Below are positions 1 through 12,099 of a DNA stretch of 64,000 nucleotides, piece by piece. Under the pieces are notes generated by a model. It was not told the DNA's origin, made no database searches, and saw only the letters and a list, made by a program, of their open reading frames with translations. Source of the stretch: Eledone cirrhosa (Eukaryota); the NCBI GenBank assembly GCA_964016885.1, contig OZ024740.1, positions 150,288,001-150,352,000 of the forward strand, in the 5' to 3' direction. The translations under genes were made by a program, and so were the position numbers. The stretch's first letter is position 1. Each line of letters opens with the position of its first letter.

Positions 1-780
1 ACGTATAACTTTGAATGGGAGGATTTTAAAAGTTATTCAGGCTTTTACAATAAGTCAGTATAGAGCTCTAATATGTTCAGAAATGGGGCCATATTTATTT
101 CTCCTGACAATTATCCTAACTGCAATATTTTTATCAGTTGTAGTCTTCTGATCTGATGTCTAGGTAGGTCATAGAATAACGTATCACCATTGTCCAGCCG
201 TGATGATACAAAGGAATGCACTGATACTTCAGTTGCCTTCTGTTGCTTAAGTTCCTCAGATGCATGTATACAGGTTAACATACCATTTCTATGCCTTTGC
301 AAAAAATTACCTTTCATTCTTCCAGTTTTGTTGGCAGCAGATATACAGAAACAGAATCTAAGGACATTTTGTTGTTTATGTTTCATTTTTTGTTTTGTCT
401 TTAAATTTTATTTTCACTTTATTCCTACATGCAAATAGAACATATACAATCTCTGTGGAGTTTCCGTATAAGCACAGCCCCATAGCTTATTTATTCATAT
501 TTCTATTTTGGGGGGAATTTTTCTTACAATTTTGCTAAAAAGTAAAGAACATTTGAAGATTTTATTGCTTTTATTTTTACCACCCTCTCCGATTTGGAGT
601 ATCTAACTAATCGTAAATGTTACATTTTTTGCTCTTTTATGATCTCCCACTTCCATATTATATGTTACATCATGTTATATTAAGGTACATTCCTTTAAAA
701 TCTTTTTAGCAATGGGGAAATTTGAAAATGTGTTAGCCTCTAAGCAGAAAACTATGAGTAATAGATGATAGCTATAAATG

Positions 781-988
781 GTTTCTTATATAAGCACAAG
801 GCCAGCAATTTTGGGGGAGGGAAAGTCGATTAAATCGACCCCAGTGCGTGACTAGTACTTTATTTTATCGACCTCGTCAGGATGAAAGGCAAAGTTAACC
901 TTGGCGGGATTTGAACTCAGATCATAAAGGGCCGTAACTCTATGCTGCAAAGCATGGCTTCTGACCCTTTACCAATACTGCCAATCCA
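781..988 (-). mobile_element. tRNA-derived SINE, family A (Nin/Deu-like central domain)
   Basis: On the minus strand: A-box-like tggcagtattgg, B-box gagttcaaatcc and core gcctttcatcct..gtcgataaaataaagtac. More than 10 copies in the window. Confidence 0.85.
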
Positions 989-3059
989 AATAATAGTTGA
1001 ATAAGTTGGTTAAAATACTCCTAGAGACAGAAAAAAGTGGACAGAGACACCTGCAGGAATCGAACCACACATCTCTTGTATGCCGTTCAATTTGAAAGAG
1101 ATTTGTCTGCTATTCCAAGTAGGTTGAGTGACAGTATCAAGGCTCCATCATTGTATTAGGTTTTGGTAAATCACTATGTACATAATGTTTTGATCACTGT
1201 TTATCATTGTGTGTCATCTTTGTCATGTTAATTACATCTAGATGGGTTGAATTATAGCTAACTAATCTTTATATCCCACAAGCTTCTAACACTTGACTGC
1301 AGTCTCTGTATTTAATCACAATATAGAAATAGGGTGAATATGCTAGCTCACAATCGATATTCCATTCACTTGGTGGTAAGTGAGGATAAGTTTAGTTAGA
1401 CGGAGAAGTGCAGATTAACCCTTTCATTAACCCTGCCATCGCCATAATTTTAATGAAATACACTGTATTTCAGTTAATTGATAAAGAATTTAGAAAGGTT
1501 TACTAAGATTATTTATTATTTCATTATTAATATGATATTTAGGGCAGTGGATTGGCAGAATTGGTAGAGTTTTGGATAAAATGCTTTGCAGTATTTAGTT
1601 CTGAGTTTAAATCCCACCAAGGCCAACTTTGGATTTTCATCTTTTTGAGGTTGATAAAATCATTATTTAACCTTTTAGCATTTAAACTGGTTATAATCCA
1701 GCCAGAATTCGTTCACCTTTTTTTGTTCAAACCAACTGGTCGCTCACACTGATGTTAAAGTATTGTTCTCAAAATAAATATTATCAAAATCTTGTGGATT
1801 AAATATTTTGTGTGATGTGAGGTAAAGCCTTTACCACAAAAATAGAATATTGTATATAGAGTAATGTAAATGTTAAAGGGTTAAAACAACTTAACAAAAG
1901 GTCCTTATATTAAATTGTTTGGAATTTAAGTTTTGGTTTAAGCTGAAACCTCTTAAAATTAGTGGTTGGATTTCATAGAATTAAAGGTTGCTATGAGCAT
2001 GTTGGTATCAAAAGGGTTAAGGTGTTAAATATGTTGAGTTACCAAAACATAACCGGAATATTTCTTTGTGACATTTAGTTCTTATTTCTGAAAGCTTGGT
2101 GAACTGAAACTATGTATAATTCAGTGTTTCGTTCTAGAATTAATTAGCTAGATAATTCTTCCTTTAATATACCAATATCTTTGGACTACAAGCCTAGCTT
2201 TCACTGTACTGATCCAAACTTTACACTTTTATAATCTGACTTCATTTTATCGTCGATGCTCTAACGATTCTGTCCATCCGCCACTCTATTCATGTAACTA
2301 ATTAATAGTTTCTGATTTAGGCACAAGGCAAAGTCGATAAAATGCGTTAGGGGTACTTTATTTTATCGACCTCTAAAGGAGGACTAATAAAACAAATCTT
2401 AAATAAATGTAGGAAGTCAAGCTAATCTCTACATAGTTGCTCGACCTGTTAGAAATAGCAGCCAAATCTTCAACTTATCGTACTGTTGCCTGAAATAGAA
2501 AAAAAGACATATTAGATTATATAACTTAAGCTTTACTTGCCTTTAAAATAACTGGATGGTCACGGCTTGAATCATAGATCTGTTTGATCGGAATTAACTT
2601 GCAGAGCACTCGAATTCAAAATCTTTGAGTCAGTAGTTCAATACCTTAACCCCAACCATTTCGTTTCTTTGTGCTCCAGTATGACCACATCTCAAATCCT
2701 AAGCCTAATACAAAAACGATGTTTTATAACCGAAGTTGCAGTTTATTTCGCAATATCCCCCTCCCTCCAAAATTATCTGAACAGAATTAAAGGGAGGCGA
2801 CTTGCGACAGCGGTCATATAGAGTATTCTCCCTTGGCAGTCTGCATATAGTTTTTTTTTCTTCACACTTTCATTACCATATTTTTCATGAAAGACATCCC
2901 GTGGTTTGCAAATCATTTTGCAAATAATCAAGAATTTGGAGAGATTTAGTAATATAGCTTTCGCATTATTAAGTTAGTGTTTAGAGCATAACGGATTTTT
3001 ATATATATATATAAAATCTTTTAAACAGTTTTGTATCATTTGCTAATCTAAAGTCAGAT

Positions 3060-3800
3060 TCTAGCTGAACTCCAAAGCCCACCCATTTCTTAACCTTTCA
3101 TGCCTTTACTGTCAGTGCTGTGACTTTCCGCACCTGCTTGTACTGTGTGTGCAAGAAAGAAGACTTACTTTTAAGCCAAGATTTGTAAGCCTTTTACTTG
3201 GATGGCATCTTTAACCTGATTGAACCAAGGGGTCCTCTTGCCACACTAAGCCGTTTTCACCCACAGCATTGAACTGCTGAAGCAGAAACTGCCGAGCTGA
3301 ACATTATTCACTCGGTTTCAATGTCCTTAGTTTGTTCATGTAGTTCTTTGAATTTGGATGCAATACCTCATCCTGATCTCCTCATCAGCTTGTGCTTCTC
3401 ATTGTAGGTTGAGCTAATCCTGCTATCTTTGTGGGTTTTCTTCACTTCAAGTAGTTTTAGGTTGTAGATAACTATTTGATAGTCAGCTGACAGCTCAGCC
3501 TCTCTAAACACGAATATCCAATACAGAATCAAAGAGATTAGAAAAAAAAATCAATTACTGATCTCTGTCCTTGACTTGATTTCCCTTATACTATGTATAC
3601 TTATGGATATCTTTTTGCTGGAAGATGGTGTACATAATAAAGAGCCCATTACTAGAACATGACTCTAATAAGGCCTCTCTGTTTGCATTTAGATCAGGCA
3701 TTCCTTCCTTCCTTCCAATCACTTCTTTCCATGTTGGGTGATCAGTGTTAACATGTGCATTGATGTTTCCCATAGTACATATCCAAATCTAAAGGATCTG
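3060..3800 (-). mobile_element. Decayed RTE-type LINE fragment (APE endonuclease region) in the ALG10 intron
   Basis: GNINAHV..W..VIG...NANREALLESCSSNGLFIMYTIFQQKDIHKYT resembles the GDFNAHVG..N.NG.LL.FC...L.I.NT.F segment of RTE endonucleases. Confidence 0.65.
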
Positions 3801-4179
3801 AAACCTAGAAGCAAGATGTTTGTATAACATCTATGAGGACAGTTGGTTTCACTTGGAGATGGATGCTTCTGATAGACTTTGGCCCCACAACCGTCCCAGA
3901 AATGAAGTTTTGTGTCGTAGACCCAGTTGGTTTGGTATCAAATGGATTATAGTTAAATGTTTAGTTTTGTCCCTTTGTATTCTGAGTTCAATCATTAAAA
4001 CCAATTTTCCCATGTGATTCCAAAACCCCTTATGGCATACCATATGGGAACCACTGAATTGTTCTTTTGGCAAATATGATTTTGTCTCTCACATTTCAAG
4101 GGTCAGTAAAATTAATACCTGTCAAGTACTGTATCCTTCTTCAAATTTTATGGCTTTGAAATCATCATCATCATCATCC

Positions 4180-4405
4180 ACTGAGCTGGCAGAATTGTTA
4201 GTGTGTTGAATGACATACTTAGCAGTGTTTGTTCCAGCTTTTATGTTCTGTGTTCAAATCCTGTCACGGTCAGCCTTGCTGTTTATCCTTCCAGGATTGA
4301 TAAAAACAAAGTACCAGTAATGCACTGGGGTGGATTTAATTAACTTTCCACTTCCCTTCAAATTACTGGCTTTGTGTCAAAGCTAGAAACAATTATTATT
4401 ATTAT
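4180..4405 (+). mobile_element. SINE family A, diverged copy
   Basis: ctggcagaattgttag head, gttcaaatcc B box, aaagtaccagt core and agaaacaattatt tail. Confidence 0.7.
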
Positions 4406-4477
4406 TGTTTATCTAGTTTGTTGATGTTTTTGTGATTTTAACTCTTTTATAACATGTTTTTTTTTTTTTCTTTGCAG

Positions 4478-4666
4478 TGGGACCCAATGATAACGACCTT
4501 ACCAGGTCTCTATCTCTCGTCAAGTGTTCCCCTATCCATTCCAGGTCAACTACTGTTCAATAAAGGGGATGTGTTTTGCACTCCTTACATGCTGCGTTGT
4601 ACGAACCTGTTTTTCTCCACTGGAAATGTGGCCCTTATCTTCTTGCTGCTTAACAGGATGCACCCA
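4478..4666 (+). CDS. ALG10: ALG10 alpha-1,2-glucosyltransferase, internal coding exon (first exon lies upstream of the window)
   Basis: Polypyrimidine tract plus tttgcag acceptor ending 4477 and a gtaagt donor at 4667. The exon is 189 nt, phase 0, and encodes WDPMITTLPGLY, the conserved ALG10/DIE2 N-terminal motif. Confidence 0.93.
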
Positions 4667-5429
4667 GTAAGTACTACACACTCACATACTCTACACTGTC
4701 ACACATGCAAGTGCTGTATTTAGTATATATATAGACAGTTTATATACTAGAAGCATATATGAAAGCATTTATAATATGTTTATATATAACAAGCATACAT
4801 AAGATTTATGCTAGGTATCTTAAGCTACTTTGGTAACCCTGTGAGAATGCCAAAACTTGTATTTCAGGATTTTTATCCATGTCCAGTGATGTTTACTTAC
4901 TTAGTACTGAGGTAAAATAAGCTATCAGCTTATATATAGAGAGAGTTCATATGTTTACTGAGGTAGCTGTGTCATGTATGTTTATTCACAAACATATTGT
5001 ATATGTTTTCATATATTCCTTTATTCTGAAACACACTTTTTTAGTGTGACTGCTAACTGCATATACTGTACCCACATAAACACTGCATGCTGAACCTCAT
5101 ATCTCCCAGATATTAGCTAGGTCCTAAGGGACTGTGACAACTCCCCTTCTGTCTTTTATACTAGATAGATAAACAACAGCTTTTCAGATGTCAGCCGACA
5201 GACATCCATATGTAAACAAACAATATCCTGTAAATGTGGTTGGCATTAGGAAGGGCATCCAGCTGTAGAAACCAAGCCCAAATCAGCCCTGTGTGAGTGA
5301 AACACCGTCTTCCGAACTGATCTCTCACAAGGGGCAGCCCATCCTATCCTAGCTAGTGTGGAAAATGGACGTTAAACAATGATGATGATGAAGAGGTTGG
5401 ACTTTGAAGCACTGACAATATAGAATGAA

Positions 5430-5587
5430 TGTAAAGGATGATGTGCTCATGCACAGAGATGCTATAAAATAGCTTCTAAAATAAGGTGTAGACCCTTAAA
5501 AGATCTTTTTCTGTCTTTTAAGGGTCTTCATCCTATTTTATAAGCTAATTTATAGCAACTCTGTGCATGAGCACATCATCCTTTGCA
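5430..5587. repeat. Imperfect inverted repeat (about 70-bp arms) in the ALG10 intron
   Basis: aaaggatgatgtgctcatgcacagag...cccttaaaaga is mirrored by tcttttaaggg...ctctgtgcatgagcacatcatccttt. Confidence 0.9.
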
Positions 5588-6056
5588 ACTAAATTATTCT
5601 TAAGCCTACCTGTCTTTGCTGGTGTAGTCAGGCTGAACAGATTGCTCCCAATGTCAGATCATTAGTCCTGGCCATCATATATCCAACTATATTCTTTCAC
5701 AGACCCTATCATTTTTGTGTCCTGCTTTATTCATGGCAAATTTCTACAATTGGATGCCCTTCCTGATGCCAACCTATACTTTTCTTTATGGTAGCCTCCA
5801 CTGACTTAATGGTGTTTTAGAAGTTAAGACCTACACAAACACATACATACATAAAAATGATGGCCTTTTACAGAGTTCTCATTTACTAAATTCACTCACA
5901 AGGAATTGGTCAGTCTGAGCCTATAGTGGTAGACATTGCCTTAAAGTGCCACGTTGTGGGACTGAACCTGAAACCACATGCTTTAGAATTGAATTTCTTA
6001 AAAATCATTGTTTATGTGTTACTCTAATATTTCACATCACTTTTCTTATTTTACAG

Positions 6057-7118
6057 AAAATGAGTGTTAGCTACACATTCCTGGTGGCATCAACACTGGG
6101 CAGCTTTCCAGTGCTCTATTTCTTCACCTTTCTCTACTACACTGATGCTGGTTCAACCTTCTTCACCCTTCTCATGTACCTACTTCATCTACACCACCAA
6201 ACTATACCTGCTGCCCTTGTTGGAATCATAGCTATACTCTTTCGCCAGACAAACATCATCTGGGTTGTATTTATGGTTGGTGTCTCAGCCCAACAAACTA
6301 TCCTTCAGTGGATGGCTGTTCAAAAAAAGAACTTGAAAACCCAGCGGAAACATGACTGGTTGCTGTTACACACTCTCTTCAATTTATTTTCAGTGAACAT
6401 TCAGAAAAAACCTTGGGTTCTTGTAGAACTTTTGCTATCAATCTTGATGAAAACTTGGTGTTATGTTGTAGTTACTCTTCTTTTTTTACTGTTCGTTTAT
6501 ATTAACAATGGCATTGTTGTTGGTGACAGAAGTCACCATGAAGTATCATTCAATTTTCCACAGATCTATTACTTTCTATCAACAGTTTTATTTTTTGGAA
6601 GTCCACATTTGATATCTTTTCAAAGAATTTACAGCTGGCTCTCACAATCTATTAAAAAACCCATCAGTTTTATCACCTTTACAATTATATCCACTGTTTT
6701 AATTGCTAAATTTACATATGTACATGAGTATCTCCTAGCAGACAATCGACACTACACATTCTACGTGTGGTCCAAGATCTTCCGAAGACATTACTTTGTT
6801 CGATTCCTACTGATTCCTGGTTATTGGTATGTTTTATGTCAGATTTATTTTGATTTGAAGAAGAAAAATATCTTTTGGAAAATGGCTTTTGCAATTTGTA
6901 TCATTGCATCTTTGGTTCCACAAAAACTCTTGGAGTTACGCTATTTTATAATTCCCTATCTATTGCTTCGGTTAAATATGCCCCTCCCCACGCCATTCAG
7001 TAAGATGCTATTAGAATTTGCCCTCAGTACTTGTGTAAATGCAATCACTATTTATCTATTTGTCTACAAGACATTCACATGGCCAGGTTTGAAAGATGTA
7101 CAACGTTTCATGTGGTAA
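6057..7118 (+). CDS. ALG10: ALG10 alpha-1,2-glucosyltransferase, terminal coding exon
   Basis: ttacag acceptor ending 6056, in phase with the previous exon. Motifs FLYYTDAGS, FRQTNIIW, NGIVVGDRSHH, HEYLLADNRHYTFY, PQKLLELRYF and C-terminal DVQRFMW* match ALG10. Multi-pass membrane character. Confidence 0.95.
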   Translation, partial: KMSVSYTFLVASTLGSFPVLYFFTFLYYTDAGSTFFTLLMYLLHLHHQTIPAALVGIIAILFRQTNIIWVVFMVGVSAQQTILQWMAVQKKNLKTQRKHDWLLLHTLFNLFSVNIQKKPWVLVELLLSILMKTWCYVVVTLLFLLFVYINNGIVVGDRSHHEVSFNFPQIYYFLSTVLFFGSPHLISFQRIYSWLSQSIKKPISFITFTIISTVLIAKFTYVHEYLLADNRHYTFYVWSKIFRRHYFVRFLLIPGYWYVLCQIYFDLKKKNIFWKMAFAICIIASLVPQKLLELRYFIIPYLLLRLNMPLPTPFSKMLLEFALSTCVNAITIYLFVYKTFTWPGLKDVQRFMW

Positions 7119-7139
7119 TTGTTGATGTACTTAAAATTG

Positions 7140-7145
7140 AATAAA
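7140..7145 (+). promoter_or_regulatory. Candidate ALG10 polyadenylation signal AATAAA
   Basis: AATAAA about 20 nt after the stop codon. Confidence 0.45.
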
Positions 7146-7442
7146 AAATACCTTTTCATCCACAAACATATATGTATATACAAATGCACACACCTATATA
7201 TGTATATATGTAGGTTCATATCATTATCATCATCATCTGTTAACATCTATTTTCCTTGCTTGTAAGGGTTGGACGTGTAAGGGTTGGACGGGCCGTCACA
7301 GAGACCAAGTCAGTACTTAATCGGAGCTATTGACATTTTAAAAGGGCCGTGGGTGGGAATGGGGGTGGGTCGCACCTTCCTTACATACTTTTCCACACTC
7401 AAAAACATGCACTCTGTGCATTGTACCATGTGTTTGTGTCTT

Positions 7443-7498
<56 letters not shown>

Positions 7499-7500
7499 AG

Positions 7501-7748
7501 AACAGTCAGACAAAATATATCCAACTTTTATCCTCCTTAGTCCGTAGAAATCAACTAGATAAATAATCATTTAAACGGAGCTAAGTTTAAAATGTAACTT
7601 TGAAGAAATAACAGATAAATGTCACAGACTATCCTCTGTGAGGAACAGTCAGATAAAATTTATCCAGTCTTTCCTCTTAGCCCGTAGAAATTAACTAGAC
7701 AAATAATCAATTAAACAGAGCTAAGTCTAAAATGCAAGTTTGAAGAAA
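7501..7748. repeat. Diverged direct duplication (about 105-bp unit, about 143-bp period) next to (AT)n
   Basis: aacagtcaga...tttgaagaaa occurs at 7501 and again at about 7644. Confidence 0.8.
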
Positions 7749-8539
7749 AAATGTATATAAACCTTATCAAAGTTCTAGTAACGACTATCGATAGTTTTGC
7801 TTGTACTTTGTGGATATGTCCAATCCTGGTATTATCCATGAGGCTTCGAGCTTCTCAAGAGACTCCCTAAGTTAGGACTAAAATTTCTAAAGTGATCGCC
7901 ACCAGAAATGAATTCAAAAGGGGTGAGAAACATCATGTGGCTAGCTTCAAACATAAATATATGTATATTTGTATATATATATATATATATACATACATAC
8001 ATACATACATACACAAACACATACAGAAACTACTTGGAAGCCTATCAGATGGACTATACTTGCAATTAAAATGGCCATTCTTGTCCGACTGTGTCACATT
8101 GAATCTCTCTGAGAATTATATTAAGGGTACAAGTTTCAATGGAATGCTCAGCCACTTACACGTTAAATTTAGGACCAGGATGTTCTATTGATTGGACAAC
8201 TGGAACACACATTGTCTAAACCAGGGATCCTTAACCTGGAGCCATAGGGCCGCATGCACCCCTTAAGGATATTCAGTGCGCCCCTCAGAACAAGATAAGA
8301 ATTATGCTCTTTTCCAGCAGATTACACATAGCCAGCAACTGCATGACAGGATTGTTTGCTGCATTTCAAATATTTGCGCTAATTTTTATATAAACTAACA
8401 GAAAAATTGCCCCTCCGGTGGTTTTCTGCTAGCATATGTAGTGTGCATATTGGTTTTATTTGCAAATATATATGCTTATAGATATGATATGTAAATTGAC
8501 AATATCTTCTTCGTCCACTTATTTCTGAGAATGTCGTAG

Positions 8540-9135
8540 GAGCAGAGTCCTCCTCAAACACTCTTTCCAGTTACTCTGTCAGAAGCAAACATCTCTAACT
8601 GATCCAGCTGGATCCCAAAGTGTGACCAGCCAAGCTCATGGATGTTATCCAACTATCTTGCTCGGGTCTACCTCTGGGTCTCTTGTTGGTTGGTTTTGCC
8701 TGTAAAATCTGTCCAGTGATCCTTTACTGAGACATTCTAACTACACGCCCATAGCATTGGAGCTGTGATCTCTCAATCCGGAGAAGTAGCGGCTCTACCA
8801 GGAGTGACTCTCTGATCGCTGAGCTATGCTCTTTATCGAATAACGTTACTCCAAAGATCCTTCTGAGGAACCCCATTTGTATTTGCCGTTTGTATTTGCA
8901 ATTGTATTCTTTCGGTCATTACCCAAGATTCATGACCCTCAGTAAGAGTTGGCAGAAATACCAGGAAGACAGCAAGTTTGGCTTTTACACCTACCTCCCT
9001 TCTGATTACAGAATGCTGAGGCTGGTGCATTACTGCATCAGCTTTTGCAATTCTTGCACTTAATTCAGCCTCCTGCCTTCCATCACTCATGATACTTGAA
9101 CTTCTCCAGCTGCTTCAGTGAAACTCCATTCACAT
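8540..9135 (-). mobile_element. RTE-clade LINE 3' fragment (RT C-terminus)
   Basis: LKQLEKFKY..SDGRQEAELSARIAKADAVM..PTLTEGHESWVMTERI matches the RTE thumb region; frameshifted. Confidence 0.75.
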
Positions 9136-9275
9136 GTATATAAATTTGAGCGACTTCTGTCCATCCGTCCATCACACAATGTGTGTTTGTGTGAATGTAT
9201 GTATGTGTAAAAGGAAGGAAGGGGATACACACATATGTCTCTAACTTAAAAACAGTGACACACATATATATATAT

Positions 9276-9314
<39 letters not shown>

Positions 9315-9359
9315 GGCACACGCACACACACACACACATATATATATATAACACACACA

Positions 9360-9810
9360 GGTCTCTAATTTAAGAATGCCGAACTTTGGCTCGGGCAAAC
9401 ATCTCAATTTTGAAACCGTCTGGGTTGTCCAGAAATGATGGGAAAACCTTGCCCTGTGATCCTGGTCAAGAGGCAGATGCCTTGTCTGGGACATCACAGT
9501 TAGTGACTCTTTTGCTTCTTCCCACATTCTGGATGCAGCAGTAAGGGCGAGAGCCACAGCATCCGCAGCTGAACAGAACAAAATCCTAAAATACCGTGAT
9601 CTGTTGGCTAACTACATTTTCGAGCCTGTGGCGTTCGAGACGTTTGGGGAAGTCGGGCTACTAACTGCGAGATTCTTATCTTCATTGGCGGCTCGCCTAA
9701 CAGAGGTAACTGGTGATGCTCGTGAGGGCACTTGGTTGTTCCAGTACCTCAGCCTCGCCATCACCCCAGGTAAAACTGCGAGTGTACTGGCTTGCCTCAA
9801 CAATTATTAG
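9360..9810 (+). mobile_element. CRE-type non-LTR retrotransposon 3' fragment (restriction-like endonuclease domain)
   Basis: GRCLVWDITVSDSFASSH..AASAAEQNKILKYRDL..YIFEPVAFETFG..FLSSLAARL..TGDAREGTWLFQYLSLAI follows the PD..D/AE..K..KY RLE pattern of CRE-clade elements. Confidence 0.75.
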
Positions 9811-9870
9811 AGAGGTTTCCCCGCAATATTGGTATCTTTTGCTCTGGTAGTAGCTCGCCTGCCTTTTGTT

Positions 9871-10165
9871 GTATTACCTGCTTGTGTGTTGTATGTGGTC
9901 ATAGATGTGTGTATTACCTACTTGTGTGTTGTATGTGATCCTAGATGTATGTATTACCTGCTTGTGTGTTGTATGTGGTCCTAGATGTATGTATTACCTA
10001 TTTGTGTGTTGTATGTGGTCATAGATGTGTGTATTACCTACTTGTGTGTTGTATGTGATCCTAGATGTATGTATTACCTGCTTGTCTGTTGTATGTGGTC
10101 CTAGATGTATGTATTACCTATTTGTGTGTTGTATGTGGTCATAGATGTGTGTATTACCTGCTTGT
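9871..10165. repeat. 40-bp minisatellite, about 7.4 units, with a 120-bp higher-order repeat
   Basis: Unit gtattacctgcttgtgtgttgtatgtggtcatagatgtgt; variant order A-B-C-D-B-C-D. Confidence 0.95.
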
Positions 10166-10630
10166 AATGTATGTATATGCACATACGCACACACGTACAC
10201 ATATATACACATATACACACACACATACACATCAGCGCGTTGAAAAACATCCTAATATCTTCATTTCTCTCCCTCCCCCTCTCTATATATATATTATAAA
10301 GCTGATGGCCGTATGTAGGTAACAAACTTTCCGCCAAACGGCTGGACCAAAAAAGCACCAAATTTGTACCATAGATGTAACTTTTTCCAAGTAAGAAAGT
10401 GAGGTTATTTTTGTCTTCTAAATTTGGTTAAAATTTTCAAATGCCAACACTTCCGGTTATACGACATTCCTCTCTCTTTCTTAGTCTGTCTTTTTAGATA
10501 GATACATAGCTATAACGTCGCGCTCTTATAATATATCCCTGTGTGTCTGGGTGTCTGCATTAGATACATAGCTATAACGTTGCACGCTTCTAACCAACTT
10601 TGAATTAATTCAGTGCAAAGATACCGTATA

Positions 10631-10824
10631 TAATAATTGTTTCTACTTTTGGCACAAGGCCAGCAATTATCCCAGTACATTACTCGTACTTTATTTTATC
10701 GACCCCGTAAGGATGAAAGGCAAAGTTAATCTCGGCGGGATTTGAACTCAGCATGGAAAGGGCCGTAATTGTTTGCGTCAAAGCATGGCGTCCGACCCTC
10801 TACCGATACTGACAATCCACCGCC
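10631..10824 (-). mobile_element. SINE family A, full length
   Basis: Same head, core and tail as the other copies. Confidence 0.9.
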
Positions 10825-11064
10825 TATAATAATAATAGTTATACCTATATATATAATATATAGATATATAATTATAAATAAGATACGGGTAATATTGTGT
10901 ATTAGCCGATTACCCGTAAGATTATTAGCTCAATGTATCAGATAAACTACAGAGCAGAAATAACACTTCACAACTATAGATATTACCATTTTCTACATCA
11001 ACTTTATGACTAACATTATAAAACTTTTCACCTAAATCTTTTCGCCTATAACTAATATATCTTA

Positions 11065-11655
11065 CTAGCAGTGGTACCCGGCGTTGCACGGGATAAGGTA
11101 TTTGGGAACGCGGGCCGCCAACATACCTAATCGTGGAAAAACTGCATGTCTGGACAATATGTAAAGAAAATAAACTGAATACTCTGATGGCTGGATAATC
11201 TTTAAGATTTTCCTCGATGAAGCAGGAAAAATCAGGTTTTCACCCAATGCGGGCCCTAGGGGATCAAGAAAATGAAATTTTTTATGTGCATAATATGCCT
11301 TGAAATTTCGGGAAAATCGGCTAGACGTAACGCCTCCAAAAAACCCTAAGAAGCTGAAAAAATGAATTTTTTTTTACCTAATGCGGGCCCTAGCCCATAA
11401 GAAAGTTGGATTTTCTTTGCTTACACTATGAAGAAGAGATTGACTAATACATAGTTACAATTTCAAGGAAATCGGTCTGACGTAACGCCTACAAAACCCC
11501 CTAAAAATCTTAAAAAACGCATTTTTTCACCTAATGCGGGCCCTAGGAGATCAAAAAGTTGAATTTTTTATGTGCATAACACTTCCTGAAACATAAGTAA
11601 TACACATGTAAAGTTTGAAAAATATCGGTTGGGTACTTCTCGAGTTTTAGGGATT

Positions 11656-11737
<82 letters not shown>

Positions 11738-11990
11738 GACAGACATCCTCAGGGAAGTGACGTAATGCAGACAGCCAGATATAAAGACAGATATTATACG
11801 GGCGCGACGTTATATGTATGTATCTATCTAAAAAGAGAAAGACTAAGAATTATAGAGAGAAATCGCTAAATCGCCTAATGCGGTCCCTAGGGCATTACAA
11901 ATTTGAAATTTTTTTTGCTCAGAACACTCCCTGAAACATGAGTATTACATGTGTAAAGTTTGAAAACAGTCTGTTGGGTGCTTCTCTACA
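11065..11990 (-). mobile_element. Non-autonomous Helitron-like element
   Basis: Minus-strand 3' end cccgtgcaacgccgggtaccactgCTAG|T (hairpin plus CTAG). Internal ~120-150-bp subrepeats (aatgcgggccctag) and (TC)n. Inverted homologue at 13630-14232. Confidence 0.75.
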
Positions 11991-12099
11991 ATACTAAGCG
12001 GTAAAATAGTAACTTTTGTTCTCGTAAAGGCACGTAAGTAAGCAAACTGAAGCTATTACAGCGATGTTTTTCTTTACCGGCTTTAATTTTTAGTGTTGT

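Noticed and set aside
1-386. Minus-strand ORF with FVSSRL..GDTLFYDLPR
   Set aside because: Faintly resembles decayed DNA-transposon protein, but it is broken by stops and too short to assign. It is not ALG10 exon 1.
5946-6056. N-terminal extension of the 390-aa ORF
   Set aside because: Intronic repeat sequence upstream of the ttacag acceptor; the real exon starts at 6057.
9871-10165. CRISPR-like periodic array
   Set aside because: Contiguous repeats without unique spacers, in a eukaryotic context with no cas genes.
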